Shown here in pieces: positions 1 to 10,900 of a stretch of 29,696 bases of DNA. Source of the DNA: an uncultured Bacteroidales bacterium (GTDB lineage Bacteria > Bacteroidota > Bacteroidia > Bacteroidales > UBA10428); the NCBI GenBank assembly GCA_964518655.1, contig CAZFHF010000001.1, positions 1 through 29,696 on the forward strand. The letters run 5' to 3'. The notes beneath the pieces were generated by a model. That model made no database searches and was not told the DNA's origin. It saw only the letters and a program-made list of their open reading frames with translations. Position 1 is the stretch's first letter. The number at the start of each line of letters is the position of its first letter. The position numbers were made by a program, and so were the translations under genes.

Positions 1-1705
1 CTTTAATATCTTTGATATTCAGCTGGATGGTGGTTCTGCCCCTGAAGTGGTTTTCGGCAAGGGTGTAAGCGATATCAAAATCCTGGCCCCTGTTTATTTT
101 TTCATAATGGTATGCCTGGTTAAATGCTATTGCCGGAAAGACATTAAAAGGTTCTTCTTCCTGCACAAGGCTTAACTTAAGATGTTCTTCACCTGATCCC
201 ACCACTTTGCCATAGCCATTGTCAACAACACTCTCTGCAAAAAATATGGGATTCATATTATCCGGACCGAATGGCTCGAACCTCTTAAGTACATTATAGA
301 ACTGGGGTGTAATACTTTTAAGATTCAGCTCCGCATCAATCTGAATCTGCGGTATTTGCTGCTCCGGTGTTATAGTATCCTTAACAACTTTCTCAAACCT
401 TTCTTTAAGCTTTGGCACATTCTCGATTTTCAGCGTCAGTCCTGCGGCATATCTGTGGCCCCCGAAGCTCTCCAGCAGATCAGCACATTGTGATATTGCT
501 TTATACAGATCAAAGCCAATAACAGAGCGGGCCGAGCCTGCAGCAAAACCATTTGATTCGGTGAGAATGATAGTCGGCCTGTATAAGTTTTCAATAAGCC
601 GCGATGCTACAATACCCACAACACCTTTATGCCAGTTGCGGTTATATAGTACAGTGGAATATTTATTATCATTGCCGGTAAGTTCTATTTCCTTCAGTGC
701 TTCCTCAGTAATATTCTTATCAATGTTCCGCCTGGCCTGGTTGAATGTATTAATCCTCTCACAAAGCAAAACTGCCTCTTCGGTTTTCCCGGCAATTAAC
801 AGGTCAACAGCCTGCTTTCCGGATTTAATCCTTCCGGCAGCATTAATCCTCGGGCTGATCTTAAAAACTATATCATCCACGGCAATGGGTTTGCTTTCTA
901 TTCCTGCGCAGGCGATGATTGCCTTTAGTCCGACGCAGGGATCGTTATTAAGTTTTTTAAGTCCGTAATGGGTTAATATCCTGTTCTCGTCAATTAACGG
1001 AACAATGTCAGATGCAATACTTACAGCTAAAAGGTCAAGGTACTGCATCAGCTCGTCAGAAGGAATATTGTTTCTAATGGAATAAGCATGCAGCATTTTA
1101 AAACCCACGCCGCAACCTGACAGGTAGTTAAAAGGGTATTTGCAGTCTTTTCTTTCAGGATCAAGCACTGCAACGGCATCAGGCAATGTTTCACCCGGGG
1201 TGTGATGATCACAGACAATAAAATCAATGCCTCTGCCTTTTGCAAACTCTATTTTTTCTATCGCCTTAATTCCGCAATCCAGCGCTATTATTAATTTTAT
1301 CCTGTTAAGAGCAGCATATTCGATACCTTTAAATGAAATGCCGTAGCCCTCAATGTAACGGTCTGGAATATAATAATCCAGATTATCATAAAACTTCTTA
1401 AAAAAAGAATAAACCATTGCCACTGATGTAGTGCCGTCAACATCATAATCTCCGTAAATCAGTATCTTTTCGTTGTTTTTTATAGCACTTTCTATTCTTT
1501 CCACGGCCTTATCCATATCTGCCATAAGGAAAGGATCATAAAGGTTCCTGATATCGGGATTGAAAAATGCCTCAGCCTGCTCCAGGCTCCTTATTCCTCT
1601 CTGAACAAGTAAAGTAGACAATACAGTATCGACATTTAATTCTGCCGACAGCTTGTCAATATCCTTGTCATGCCCGTTATCCTTTATTTTCCAGACTTTT
1701 TCCAT
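1..1705 (-). CDS. recJ: Single-stranded-DNA-specific exonuclease RecJ (3' end runs off the window)
   Basis: Manually translated from ATG at 1705 (MEKVWKIKDN...). DHH-family motifs YGDYDVDGTTS and IVCDHH are present, and the frame reaches FDIAYTLAENHFRGRTTIQLNIKDIK at the window edge. Absent from the ORF track because no stop is in the window. Confidence 0.95.
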   Translation of the reverse strand, partial: MEKVWKIKDNGHDKDIDKLSAELNVDTVLSTLLVQRGIRSLEQAEAFFNPDIRNLYDPFLMADMDKAVERIESAIKNNEKILIYGDYDVDGTTSVAMVYSFFKKFYDNLDYYIPDRYIEGYGISFKGIEYAALNRIKLIIALDCGIKAIEKIEFAKGRGIDFIVCDHHTPGETLPDAVAVLDPERKDCKYPFNYLSGCGVGFKMLHAYSIRNNIPSDELMQYLDLLAVSIASDIVPLIDENRILTHYGLKKLNNDPCVGLKAIIACAGIESKPIAVDDIVFKISPRINAAGRIKSGKQAVDLLIAGKTEEAVLLCERINTFNQARRNIDKNITEEALKEIELTGNDNKYSTVLYNRNWHKGVVGIVASRLIENLYRPTIILTESNGFAAGSARSVIGFDLYKAISQCADLLESFGGHRYAAGLTLKIENVPKLKERFEKVVKDTITPEQQIPQIQIDAELNLKSITPQFYNVLKRFEPFGPDNMNPIFFAESVVDNGYGKVVGSGEEHLKLSLVQEEEPFNVFPAIAFNQAYHYEKINRGQDFDIAYTLAENHFRGRTTIQLNIKDIK

Positions 1706-1735
1706 ATCATTAAAATCACACCGGATTTTCCGATG

Positions 1736-1743
1736 CAAAAATA
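1736..1743 (-). promoter_or_regulatory. Putative Bacteroidota -7 promoter box for recJ
   Basis: TATTTTTG on the minus strand fits TAnnTTTG, 30 nt upstream of the recJ ATG. Confidence 0.5.
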
Positions 1744-1767
1744 TAACTAAAATAAAAGGATAAAAAA

Positions 1768-2454
1768 TTAAAGCACATGAATTTTAAACTCATTGACAAT
1801 ATGGTTCAAAATTTTTTCCTTTACCCCGGCAATACCCGGATCACAGCCGATCTCATTTTTTATTGAAGTAACTCCCCTGTCGTTATATCCGCAAGGATTT
1901 ATATAATTGAAATAATTCAAATCGTTATTCACATTCAGCGCAAAGCCGTGCATCGTAACGTATTTACTGACCCTGATGCCTATAGCGCAAATTTTTCTGG
2001 TTTTTGCGGGATCTTTCACATCCAGCCATACCCCTGTTGCTTCTTTTATTCTCTCAGCTGAAATATTATATTCATTAAGCGCTTTAATTATTGCCTCTTC
2101 AATTTTAAAAACATAATTTTTCACTCCAAGGTTCAGCTGTTCAAGATCAAATATAGGATAACCAACTATTTGTCCGGGCCCGTGATACGTAATATCCCCG
2201 CCGCGGTTAATTCTGTAATAGGATGCATTTATTGAATCAAGGAATTTTTTATTTATAAGCAGGTTATTTTCGCTCCCGCTTTTGCCCATTGTATAGACAT
2301 GGGGATGTTCGCAAAAAAGAATCCTGTTATCTGCTGATTCAGTATTTCTGCCTGCTTTGGAACTTACAATGCTCTTATGCAGTTCCTCCTGGTAATCCCA
2401 TGCTTTCTTGTATTCTATCAAACCCAGGTCTTCATAAATTACTTTAACAGGCAT
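1768..2454 (-). CDS. lipB: Lipoyl(octanoyl) transferase LipB
   Basis: 228 aa with CEHPHVYTMGK, RGGDITYHGPGQIVGYPI, KICAIG, TMHGFALNVN and INPCG motifs; adjacent to lipA. Confidence 0.97.
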   Translation of the reverse strand: MPVKVIYEDLGLIEYKKAWDYQEELHKSIVSSKAGRNTESADNRILFCEHPHVYTMGKSGSENNLLINKKFLDSINASYYRINRGGDITYHGPGQIVGYPIFDLEQLNLGVKNYVFKIEEAIIKALNEYNISAERIKEATGVWLDVKDPAKTRKICAIGIRVSKYVTMHGFALNVNNDLNYFNYINPCGYNDRGVTSIKNEIGCDPGIAGVKEKILNHIVNEFKIHVL

Positions 2455-2457
2455 TTT

Positions 2458-3315
2458 TTAATTTTTATTTATATTAACATGTCTGTCAGAATGATATGAT
2501 GATCTCACCTGGGGGCCGCTTTCCACATATGCAAATCCTTTTTGCAACCCCGTTTCCCTGTATTTTTCAAACACCTCAGGATTTATATATTCTGCTACCC
2601 CGGCATGTTTTTCAGACGGCCTGAGGTATTGTCCTATAGTAAAAACCTTAACCCCGGCATTCAGGAGATCGTCCATTGCCTGTTCAACCTCATCTTCCCT
2701 TTCGCCCAGTCCTGCCATGAGACCTGACTTTGCAACAATACCTGATGAAGCTATATGTTTCAGTAAATCCAGGCTCCCGTCATATGTAGCCATGGATCTG
2801 ATCTCCGGAGTAAGCCTCCTTACTGTTTCCAGGTTATGTGAAATAACCTCAGGTTTTTCTTTAAAGATAGCATCCACCGCTTCAGGTCCTCTTCTGAAAT
2901 CAGGAATAAGTGCCTCAATGGTTGTCCCGGGATTAAGATTCTTTATTGTTTTTATTGTCGCTGCCCAGAAACTAATCCCTCCGTCTGCCAGGTCATCTCT
3001 CGCCACTGAAGTAATGACACAATGCTTCAGTTCAAGTGATCTTACAGTTTCTGCAAGTCTTTCCGGTTCAGTCCAGTCAACAGGTTCAGGCTTCATGGTG
3101 TAAACCTGGCAAAATTTACAGTTTCTGGTGCACCTGTTGCCAAGGATCATAAAGGTTGCAGTACCCGCACTCCAGCATTCTCCTTTATTCGGACAATTGC
3201 CGCTGACACAGATTGTATTCAGGTTTTTATCAGCTATAATATTCTTCACCCGTGAATAATTTATGCCATGGGGCATCTTCACCTTCATCCACCGTGGAAG
3301 CCTTTTGTTATTCAT
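2458..3315 (-). CDS. lipA: Lipoyl synthase LipA (radical SAM)
   Basis: 285 aa with CxxxxCPNxxEC (CVSGNCPNKGEC), radical-SAM CTRNCKFC, HNLETV, GQYLRPS and VRSSYH motifs. Confidence 0.97.
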   Translation of the reverse strand: MNNKRLPRWMKVKMPHGINYSRVKNIIADKNLNTICVSGNCPNKGECWSAGTATFMILGNRCTRNCKFCQVYTMKPEPVDWTEPERLAETVRSLELKHCVITSVARDDLADGGISFWAATIKTIKNLNPGTTIEALIPDFRRGPEAVDAIFKEKPEVISHNLETVRRLTPEIRSMATYDGSLDLLKHIASSGIVAKSGLMAGLGEREDEVEQAMDDLLNAGVKVFTIGQYLRPSEKHAGVAEYINPEVFEKYRETGLQKGFAYVESGPQVRSSYHSDRHVNINKN

Positions 3316-3352
3316 GTCTTATGTTCCTTACTGAAATATTATTGTTGTTTTG

Positions 3353-3360
3353 CAAAGTTA
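3353..3360 (-). promoter_or_regulatory. Putative -7 promoter box for the lipA-lipB operon
   Basis: TAACTTTG(CA) on the minus strand, 37 nt upstream of the lipA ATG. Confidence 0.6.
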
Positions 3361-3489
3361 GTATATTAATGTATGATGTTCCCAAGATTTGTCTGTTGAT
3401 ATATGTTAAATTATTTACATGCTGTATGAATTTTTTAAACTTGTTAACTGCCGCTTATAATTTAATTTGTAAAATAATAATCCACGGGG

Positions 3490-3497
3490 TAAATTTG
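3490..3497 (+). promoter_or_regulatory. Putative -7 promoter box for lysS
   Basis: TAAATTTG, 44 nt upstream of the lysS ATG. Confidence 0.5.
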
Positions 3498-3541
3498 TGA
3501 AGCTATGATATATTTTATTTAAAATTTAAAAGCTGTTAACA

Positions 3542-5269
3542 ATGAGCCAGCAGGAACTTAGTGAGCAGGAACAATTCAGAATAGAAGCCCTTAATGAACT
3601 GAGGAAGCTGGGGATTGACCCCTATCCCGCAAGTGAATATAAGGTTAATGCAACATCAGCTGAGATACTGGAAAGATATAAACCTGAAAGCAATAATTTC
3701 CAGGATGTGTCCATAGCGGGAAGGATCATGAGCAGGAGGATCATGGGCAGTGCCTCGTTTGCCGAGATCCAGGATGATAAAGGGAGGATACAGATATACC
3801 TGAGAAGGGATGACTTGTGCCCCGGGGAAGATAAATCAATGTATAATACGGTATTTAAAAAATTGCTGGACATAGGGGATTTCATAGGTATTAAGGGATT
3901 TGTATTCACAACGCAGATGGGTGAAACAACAATTCATGTAAAGGAGCTGGCTATCCTGAGCAAGTCATTGCACCCTTTGCCAATTGTTAAAGAGAAGGAC
4001 GGCAAGATCTATGATAAGGTTACTGATCCTGAGTTCAGGTACCGTCACCGTTATGTGGATCTTATAATAAATCCTGATGTTAAGGAAGTTTTTATAAAAC
4101 GTACACGGATCATTGACTCACTGCGGGAGTTATTCAATTCCCGGGGATACCTTGAAGTTGAGACGCCGGTGCTGCAATCAATCCCGGGAGGTGCTGCTGC
4201 CAGGCCTTTTGTCACACACCATAACGCACTTGATATCCCGCTGTACCTGAGGATAGCAGATGAACTTTATCTTAAAAGGCTTATTGTTGGCGGATTTGAG
4301 GGAGTGTATGAGTTCTCAAAAGATTTCAGGAATGAAGGCATGGACCGCATGCATAATCCCGAGTTTACAGTTATGGAGATTTATGTAGCATACAAAGATT
4401 ATCACTGGATGATGGATTTTACTGAAGAAATGATTGAAAAGGTGGCAGTGGATATACATGGAACAACAAAAATACCTTGCGGAAAAGAGGAAATTGACTT
4501 TAAGCGTCCGTTCATGCGTAAGACCATGACTGGCATTATTAAGGAGCATACGGGAGCTGATATCTCGGTGATGGACGAACAGCAAATTCGTGATTTATGT
4601 GACAGGCTGGATATTGAAACAGATGAAACAATGGGAAAGGGGAAGCTTATTGAACAGATCTTCGGTGAAAAATGCGAGCCTCACATCATTCAGCCGACTT
4701 TTATTATGGACTATCCTGTGGAGATGTCCCCGCTTTGTAAAAAGCACCGTGATAATCCCGCACTTACTGAAAGATTTGAACTGATAGTTAACACCAAAGA
4801 GCTGTGCAACGCATATTCTGAGCTTAACGATCCTATAGATCAAAAAGAACGTTTCCAGGAACAGCTAAAGCTTCATGAAAAAGGAGATGATGAAGCGATG
4901 TATATTGATAATGACTTCCTGAGGGCTTTAAGTTATGGTATGCCTCCGACAGCAGGAATGGGAATGGGAATAGACCGCCTGGCAATGATAATGACCAACC
5001 AGCCAGGCATACAGGATGTACTGTTCTTCCCGCAGATGCGCCCTGAGAAAACCGTGAAGGTGGATTCCAAAGATAAATTTATCAAAACCGGCGTTGACAG
5101 TGCATGGTATGCCGTATTGCAAAAACTGGGATATTCAACAGTTGAGAAGCTTAAGCAGGTTGAGAATCCCGGAAAATTACACCAGGAGCTCTGCGGTTAT
5201 AATAAGAAGAACAAACTAAACATTAAAAATCCAACTATCGATGAAATAAAAGAGTGGATTAAAAAGTGA
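3542..5269 (+). CDS. lysS: Lysine--tRNA ligase (class II) with a ~70-aa C-terminal extension
   Basis: 575 aa with an OB-fold N-terminus and motifs YRHRYVDL, EVETPVLQ, LRIADELYLKRLIVGG, FRNEGMDRMHNPEF and GMPPTAGMGMGIDRL. Confidence 0.98.
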   Translation: MSQQELSEQEQFRIEALNELRKLGIDPYPASEYKVNATSAEILERYKPESNNFQDVSIAGRIMSRRIMGSASFAEIQDDKGRIQIYLRRDDLCPGEDKSMYNTVFKKLLDIGDFIGIKGFVFTTQMGETTIHVKELAILSKSLHPLPIVKEKDGKIYDKVTDPEFRYRHRYVDLIINPDVKEVFIKRTRIIDSLRELFNSRGYLEVETPVLQSIPGGAAARPFVTHHNALDIPLYLRIADELYLKRLIVGGFEGVYEFSKDFRNEGMDRMHNPEFTVMEIYVAYKDYHWMMDFTEEMIEKVAVDIHGTTKIPCGKEEIDFKRPFMRKTMTGIIKEHTGADISVMDEQQIRDLCDRLDIETDETMGKGKLIEQIFGEKCEPHIIQPTFIMDYPVEMSPLCKKHRDNPALTERFELIVNTKELCNAYSELNDPIDQKERFQEQLKLHEKGDDEAMYIDNDFLRALSYGMPPTAGMGMGIDRLAMIMTNQPGIQDVLFFPQMRPEKTVKVDSKDKFIKTGVDSAWYAVLQKLGYSTVEKLKQVENPGKLHQELCGYNKKNKLNIKNPTIDEIKEWIKK

Positions 5270-5280
5270 TCCTGACAGTC

Positions 5281-5304
5281 AGAATGCTCAGCATTTCTTT
5301 TTTT
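5281..5304 (+). terminator. Probable intrinsic terminator of lysS
   Basis: AGAATGC-TCA-GCATT(T)CT hairpin followed by a T-run, 11 nt after the stop. Confidence 0.45.
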
Positions 5305-5333
5305 CCAAAGTTGACTTATATATTTCAATAGTT

Positions 5334-5341
5334 TATATTTG
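5334..5341 (+). promoter_or_regulatory. Putative -7 promoter box for the DoxX gene
   Basis: TATATTTG, 25 nt upstream of the ATG at 5367. Confidence 0.5.
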
Positions 5342-5366
5342 AATATAAAATTTAAAATCTTGATCT

Positions 5367-5723
5367 ATGAAAACATTAGGCTATTTAGGAAGAATAATCT
5401 TTGCTGTACCTTTCATTGTTATAGGTATCATGCATTTCATGAATGCAAGTGACATGGCTGCAAACATGCTGTCCGGCTGGCCTGTTGCCGAAGGTATTGT
5501 TTATATTTCAGGCCTGGCAATGGTATTGGCCGGCATTAGTATCATTGTAAAAATACAGGCAAAAATTGCCTGCCTCCTGCTGGCATTGCTGCTGCTGCTT
5601 ATAATCATTTTTGTTCATATACCTTTGGCAGCGAACGGTGATCGGGCAGCTATGATGATCCTTCTCAGAGACCTGGGATTGCTTGGAGCTTCGTTAACTT
5701 ATGCTAATCTTTTGTCGAAGTAA
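5367..5723 (+). CDS. DoxX family membrane protein
   Basis: 118 aa, 4 hydrophobic segments, LGRIIFAVPFIVIGIMHF start, IIFVH, and LRDLGLLGASL end. Confidence 0.85.
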   Translation: MKTLGYLGRIIFAVPFIVIGIMHFMNASDMAANMLSGWPVAEGIVYISGLAMVLAGISIIVKIQAKIACLLLALLLLLIIIFVHIPLAANGDRAAMMILLRDLGLLGASLTYANLLSK

Positions 5724-5832
5724 TTTTATGATCAGATTCCTGAATATCAGTTAAAAAATTATTTGCTTTTAATGTCTAACTTTTGTAACTTGACATGTTT
5801 TAAGTTTTAAATTATTAATTAATTAAGATTTT

Positions 5833-5866
5833 TAAGTCCCGGCAAAGTACCGGGACTTATTTTTTT
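5833..5866 (+). terminator. Rho-independent terminator
   Basis: Perfect 10-bp stem TAAGTCCCGG(5833-5842)/CCGGGACTTA(5850-5859), 7-nt loop, then T7. Confidence 0.85.
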
Positions 5867-6074
5867 GTCCGGCTCCCTCTTTACTCTGTGAATAATGTTA
5901 ATTTCTCCGGCGAAGCGCAAATATTTTTCAACAATTACTTATTACCTATTAACTGCATTTTTTTATATAAACAAATGATTACCAAATATTAAATTAAATA
6001 GATGAAAATTGTTAACACTCGTACCACTGGATACAATGTTGATAAAGATTTTTAGTATCATTTTTTCTTTTCTA

Positions 6075-6082
6075 TATATTTG
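6075..6082 (+). promoter_or_regulatory. Putative -7 promoter box for parE-parC
   Basis: TATATTTG just upstream of the two candidate starts (6094 and 6100). Confidence 0.55.
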
Positions 6083-6093
6083 CTGCAAATGAA

Positions 6094-7941
6094 ATGATTA
6101 TGAACGCAGCAGCATACTCTGAAGAGACTATTCGCACACTTGACTGGAGGGAGCATATACGCAAACGCCCGGGGATGTATATCGGCAAGCTTGGTGACGG
6201 CTCTTCACAGGATGACGGGATATATGTACTTATCAAGGAAGTGCTTGATAATTCCATTGATGAATACATGATGGGTTTTGGAAAGGTTATTGATATCACA
6301 ATAAATGAAAACATTGTCAAGATAAGGGATTACGGCAGGGGCATACCGCTGGGTAAAGTAACGGACGTGGCATCAAAGATGAATACAGGAGCCAAGTATG
6401 ATTCAAAGGTTTTTAAAAAATCCGTAGGTTTAAACGGGGTTGGAATAAAAGCTGTAAATGCACTGTCATCAAAATTTATTATCAAATCCTACCGTGACAA
6501 TGTTGTTAAGGCTGTAGGTTTTGAAGAAGGGAACCTTATAAATGACGACAAGGAACGCCGCACTGATTCCAAAAACGGGACACTTGTCACCTTTGTTCCT
6601 GACATAAAGATGTTCGGCAAGTTCCGTTTCATTGACGATTATGTCGAGCTGATGGTTAAGAATTATGTTTACCTGAACAGCGGATTAACAATAAAGCTGA
6701 ACGGTGAGGCATTCTATTCAAAAAACGGGCTGCTTGATCTTCTCAATGAGAACATGAATTATGAAGGTTTATACCCGTTGATTCATCTTAAGGATACTGA
6801 TATTGAATTAGCAATGACTCACGGCAGCCAGTACGGCGAGACATATTACACTTTTGTAAACGGGCAGAATACTGCACAGGGCGGTATGCACCTTATCGCT
6901 TTCAAGGAGGCGCTGGTAAAAACCATTCGCGATTTCTACAAAAAAGATTTCGATCCTTCGGATATAAGGGCATCAATAACCGTTGCACTAAGTATCAAGG
7001 TTGAGGAGCCTGTTTTTGAGTCACAGACCAAGACAAAACTGGGTTCAAAGGACATGGGACCTGAAGGTCCGTCCATACGCAACTTTATTGGTGATTTTAT
7101 CAGGACAGGGCTCGATAATTATCTTCACAAGCACCCTCAGACCGCCGAAATACTTTTAAAGAAAATCATTGAATCGGAAAAAGAGAGAAAAGCTATTTCG
7201 AGCATTAAGAAAATAGCACGTGAAAGGGCAAAAAAGGCAAGTCTTCATAACAGGAAATTAAGGGATTGCAAGATTCATTATAATTCCAATGATGATAGGA
7301 GGCTTGAATCAACACTTTTTATTACTGAAGGCGACTCAGCCAGCGGATCAATAACAAAATCACGTGATGTAAATACCCAGGCTGTATTCAGCCTTAAGGG
7401 GAAACCATTGAATACTTACGGACTGACAAAGAAGATCGTCTACGAAAATGAAGAATTCAATTTACTGCAGTCGGCGCTTGATATTGAGGACGGGCTGGAA
7501 AACCTCAGGTACCATAATATAGTTATTGCCACTGATGCTGATGTTGACGGTATGCATATACGGCTTCTGCTGATAACATTTTTCCTCCAGTTTTTTCCTG
7601 ACCTTGTAAGGCAGGGCCATCTTTATATTCTTCAAACCCCCTTATTCCGTGTGAGGAACAAGAAAGAGACCGTTTATTGCTATTCCGAAGAAGAGAAAGC
7701 TGCGGCAATCAATAAACTGGGTGCCAACCCTGAAATTACCAGGTTTAAAGGACTTGGTGAGATTTCCCCTGACGAGTTTAAGCACTTCATAGGCAAGGAC
7801 ATTCAACTGGAGCCTGTAAGATTAAAGAAAGACGATACTATATCTGCCTTTTTACCTTTTTACATGGGTAAGAACACACCTGAAAGGCAGGAATTTATTA
7901 TTGAGAACCTCCGTGTTGAAGAGGACCTGGTCGAAGCATAA
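6094..7941 (+). CDS. parE: DNA topoisomerase IV subunit B (Bacteroidota ParE type); the real start may be ATG 6100
   Basis: 615 aa with the GHKL ATPase motifs [16 protein letters not shown] and [22 protein letters not shown] motifs [16 protein letters not shown] and [10 protein letters not shown], and RFKGLGE. Short length and pairing with a GyrA-like gene that has no GyrA-box fit Topo IV. Confidence 0.92.
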   Translation: MIMNAAAYSEETIRTLDWREHIRKRPGMYIGKLGDGSSQDDGIYVLIKEVLDNSIDEYMMGFGKVIDITINENIVKIRDYGRGIPLGKVTDVASKMNTGAKYDSKVFKKSVGLNGVGIKAVNALSSKFIIKSYRDNVVKAVGFEEGNLINDDKERRTDSKNGTLVTFVPDIKMFGKFRFIDDYVELMVKNYVYLNSGLTIKLNGEAFYSKNGLLDLLNENMNYEGLYPLIHLKDTDIELAMTHGSQYGETYYTFVNGQNTAQGGMHLIAFKEALVKTIRDFYKKDFDPSDIRASITVALSIKVEEPVFESQTKTKLGSKDMGPEGPSIRNFIGDFIRTGLDNYLHKHPQTAEILLKKIIESEKERKAISSIKKIARERAKKASLHNRKLRDCKIHYNSNDDRRLESTLFITEGDSASGSITKSRDVNTQAVFSLKGKPLNTYGLTKKIVYENEEFNLLQSALDIEDGLENLRYHNIVIATDADVDGMHIRLLLITFFLQFFPDLVRQGHLYILQTPLFRVRNKKETVYCYSEEEKAAAINKLGANPEITRFKGLGEISPDEFKHFIGKDIQLEPVRLKKDDTISAFLPFYMGKNTPERQEFIIENLRVEEDLVEA

Positions 7942-7977
7942 ATAATACATATAACTGACAAAAAGGGATGATTTACT

Positions 7978-10900
7978 ATGAACGAGGAAAATCAGGAAAA
8001 TATTAATGGACAGCTGGAGAATGGCGATGATATACTGGAGCTTGGAGACAGTGCATTTGAATCCTCCACTGCTTCCACACATGTTACCAGGTTGTCAGGT
8101 ATGTACCAGGAGTGGTTTCTCGATTATGCCTCCTATGTGATCCTTGAGCGTGCGGTGCCGCATCTTGATGACGGACTTAAGCCCGTACAGCGAAGGATCC
8201 TTCATTCCATGAAAAGGCTGGATGACGGACGCTACAATAAGGTAGCAAATATTATAGGCCATACCATGCAGTTCCATCCCCATGGTGATGCTTCCATAGG
8301 TGATGCGCTGGTCCAGCTGGGACAGAAAGAGCTGCTGATCGATACCCAGGGCAACTGGGGAAATGTCCTTACCGGAGACGGCGCAGCAGCAGCACGGTAT
8401 ATCGAGGCAAGGTTGTCAAAGTTCGCCCTTGATGTTGTGTTCAACCCTAAAACTACAGCCTGGAAAAATTCATACGACGGCAGGAACAAGGAGCCTGTGA
8501 CACTTCCTGTGAAATTTCCCCTTCTGCTCGCCCAGGGTGTGGAAGGAATAGCAGTCGGACTGGCATCAAAGATATTACCGCACAATTTTAACGAGATCAT
8601 TGATGCTGCCATAGCGCACCTGCAGGATAAAAAGTTTGAACTGCTGCCCGATTTCCCGACAGGCGGGCTGGGAGACTTTTCCAAATATAATGACGGCCTC
8701 CGGGGAGGCGTGGTAAAAGTAAGAGCTAAAATTTCAAGGCTTGACAAGAAAGCACTGATTATAACTGAGGTGCCTTTCGGAAGAACCACTTCATCATTGA
8801 TTGAGTCTATAGTAAAGGCTAATGAAAGGGGCAAAATCAAGATTAAGAAAATCGATGATAACACTGCTGAAAATGTTGAAATAATGATACATCTCGCCCC
8901 GGGAATATCTCCTGATAAAACTATAGATGCACTGTATGCTTTTACTGATTGCGAGATATCCATCTCCCCGAATATCTGCGTTATTGAGAATGATAAGCCG
9001 CGCCTGCTCGGCGTCCCGGAAATATTAAAACTGTCGGTTCAGAAAACCGTTGATCTGCTGAAAAGGGAGCTGGAGATAAGGCTTGAGGAGCTTGAAGATG
9101 CATGGCACATGTCAAGCCTGGAAAAGATATTTATAGAAAACGAGATCTATGAGGATATCAAGAAATGTAAAACCGAGGAAGAGATACTAGAGGCAATTGA
9201 CAAGGGACTGGAGCCGTTTAAAAAGAAGCTGTTAAAAGAAGTAACATGGGATGACCTGGTACGCCTGTCAAATATCCCCATAAAACGGATATCAAAATAC
9301 AGCTCAATGAAAGCTGATGAAGCTATCAAAGGAATAGAAGCTGATATCGAAGAAGTAAAAAACCATCTTGATAATATTATTCCCTATACGATAAATTATT
9401 ACAGGCAGATAAAGAAAAAGCACGGAGCAGGAAGGGAGAGGAAAACAGAAATCAGGAATTTCGATACAATTATAGCCACCAAGGTAGTTGTTGCCAATGA
9501 GAAACTTTATGTTAACAGGGCAGAGGGATTTTTAGGGACATCACTCAGAAAGGACGAGTATGTCTGTGACTGCTCCGACATTGATGATATTATTGTTATA
9601 CGCAGGGACGGAAAATACCTGATATCCAGGGTCACTGAAAAATCATTTGTTGGCAAGGATATTGTTTATGTTGATGTTTTTAAAAAGAATGATACCCGCA
9701 CTATTTATAATATTGTTTACCGTGACGGCAAATCCGGCAATGTGATGATGAAAAGATGTGCAATAACGGGATTAATAAGGGATAATGAATACGATCTTAC
9801 AAAAGGCAGGGAGGGGTCCAGGATCTTATACCTCAGTGCCAACCCGAATGGCGAAGCAGAGACTGTAAGGGTGCATCTTAAACCCAGGCCAAGGCTGAGG
9901 AACCTGACACCGGAGGTTGATTTCGGCAAGATGGCAATTAAAGGAAGAAGTTCGGTGGGCAACATACTTACCAAATATACGGTACAGAAAGTTGTATTAA
10001 AGGAAAAGGGCGTTTCCACACTTGGAGGAAGGAAGGTTTGGTTTGATGAAGATGTGAACCGCCTGAATGCCGATGGCAGGGGCAGGTTCCTGGGTGAATT
10101 CAAAGGCGAGGATAAACTGCTTGTCATAACCAAATCAGGCAGGTTCAGGCTGTCGTCGTTCGACCTTACAAACCATTTTGAAGACGACCTGCTGATCATT
10201 GAAAAATATTATCCTGATAAGATATTCTCCGCCGTATACTATGATGCTGCACATAAATACTACTATGTAAAAAGATTTGTTACGGAGCCTACTGAAAAAC
10301 CATCCAGCTTTATCGGCAACCATCCCGAATCAAGGCTTATAAGGATCACCGAAGTAGAATATCCGAGGTTTGAGCTTAAGTTCGGCGGTGATCACAGCCA
10401 CCGCAACAACGAGATCATTGAGGTTGCGGAATTTATAGGTATCAAGAGCTATAAAGCCAAAGGCAAAAGGCTGTCGAAATATGAAGTATCTATAGTCAAG
10501 GAGCTCGAACCGCTTATTGCAGATGTTAAGGAGGTGGCAGTTGATGAAGCATCCGGTGAAGCAGCAGCAGGAAAAACAGCCGCATCAACAGCTGAAGCAG
10601 ATACTGATGCAGCAGGAGAGGCAGTTGACAAAGCTGTTGAAGAGGCAGCAGACGAATCAGCAGACGAAGCACAAAACGAATCAGTGGTGGATAAGACAGT
10701 ATCCGGAGAAAAAGAAGAAGAAGAAGAAACTGATGAAACAGAGGAAGAAGAAGCAGGAGAAGAGATAGCAGATCAAGCAGTAGGAAAAGAAGCAAAAATG
10801 GAAGATGAAGAAAAAGAAGAAGAAGAGAATATATTAGAAGTGGAAGATGAAGACCCGGAAGAAACAACCAGAAAAACCACAGGAAAAGCAGCAAAAAAGT

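Noticed and set aside
5272-5282. CTGAC-A-GTCAG after the lysS stop shares the GACAGTC core of the parC copy
   Set aside because: No AAAGG/CCTTT arms and it overlaps a plausible terminator; too weak to count as a family member.
8319-8325. GGGACAG in parC (and CTGTCCC near 26491 in the LRR gene)
   Set aside because: Mid-gene, no palindromic arms, explained by codons.
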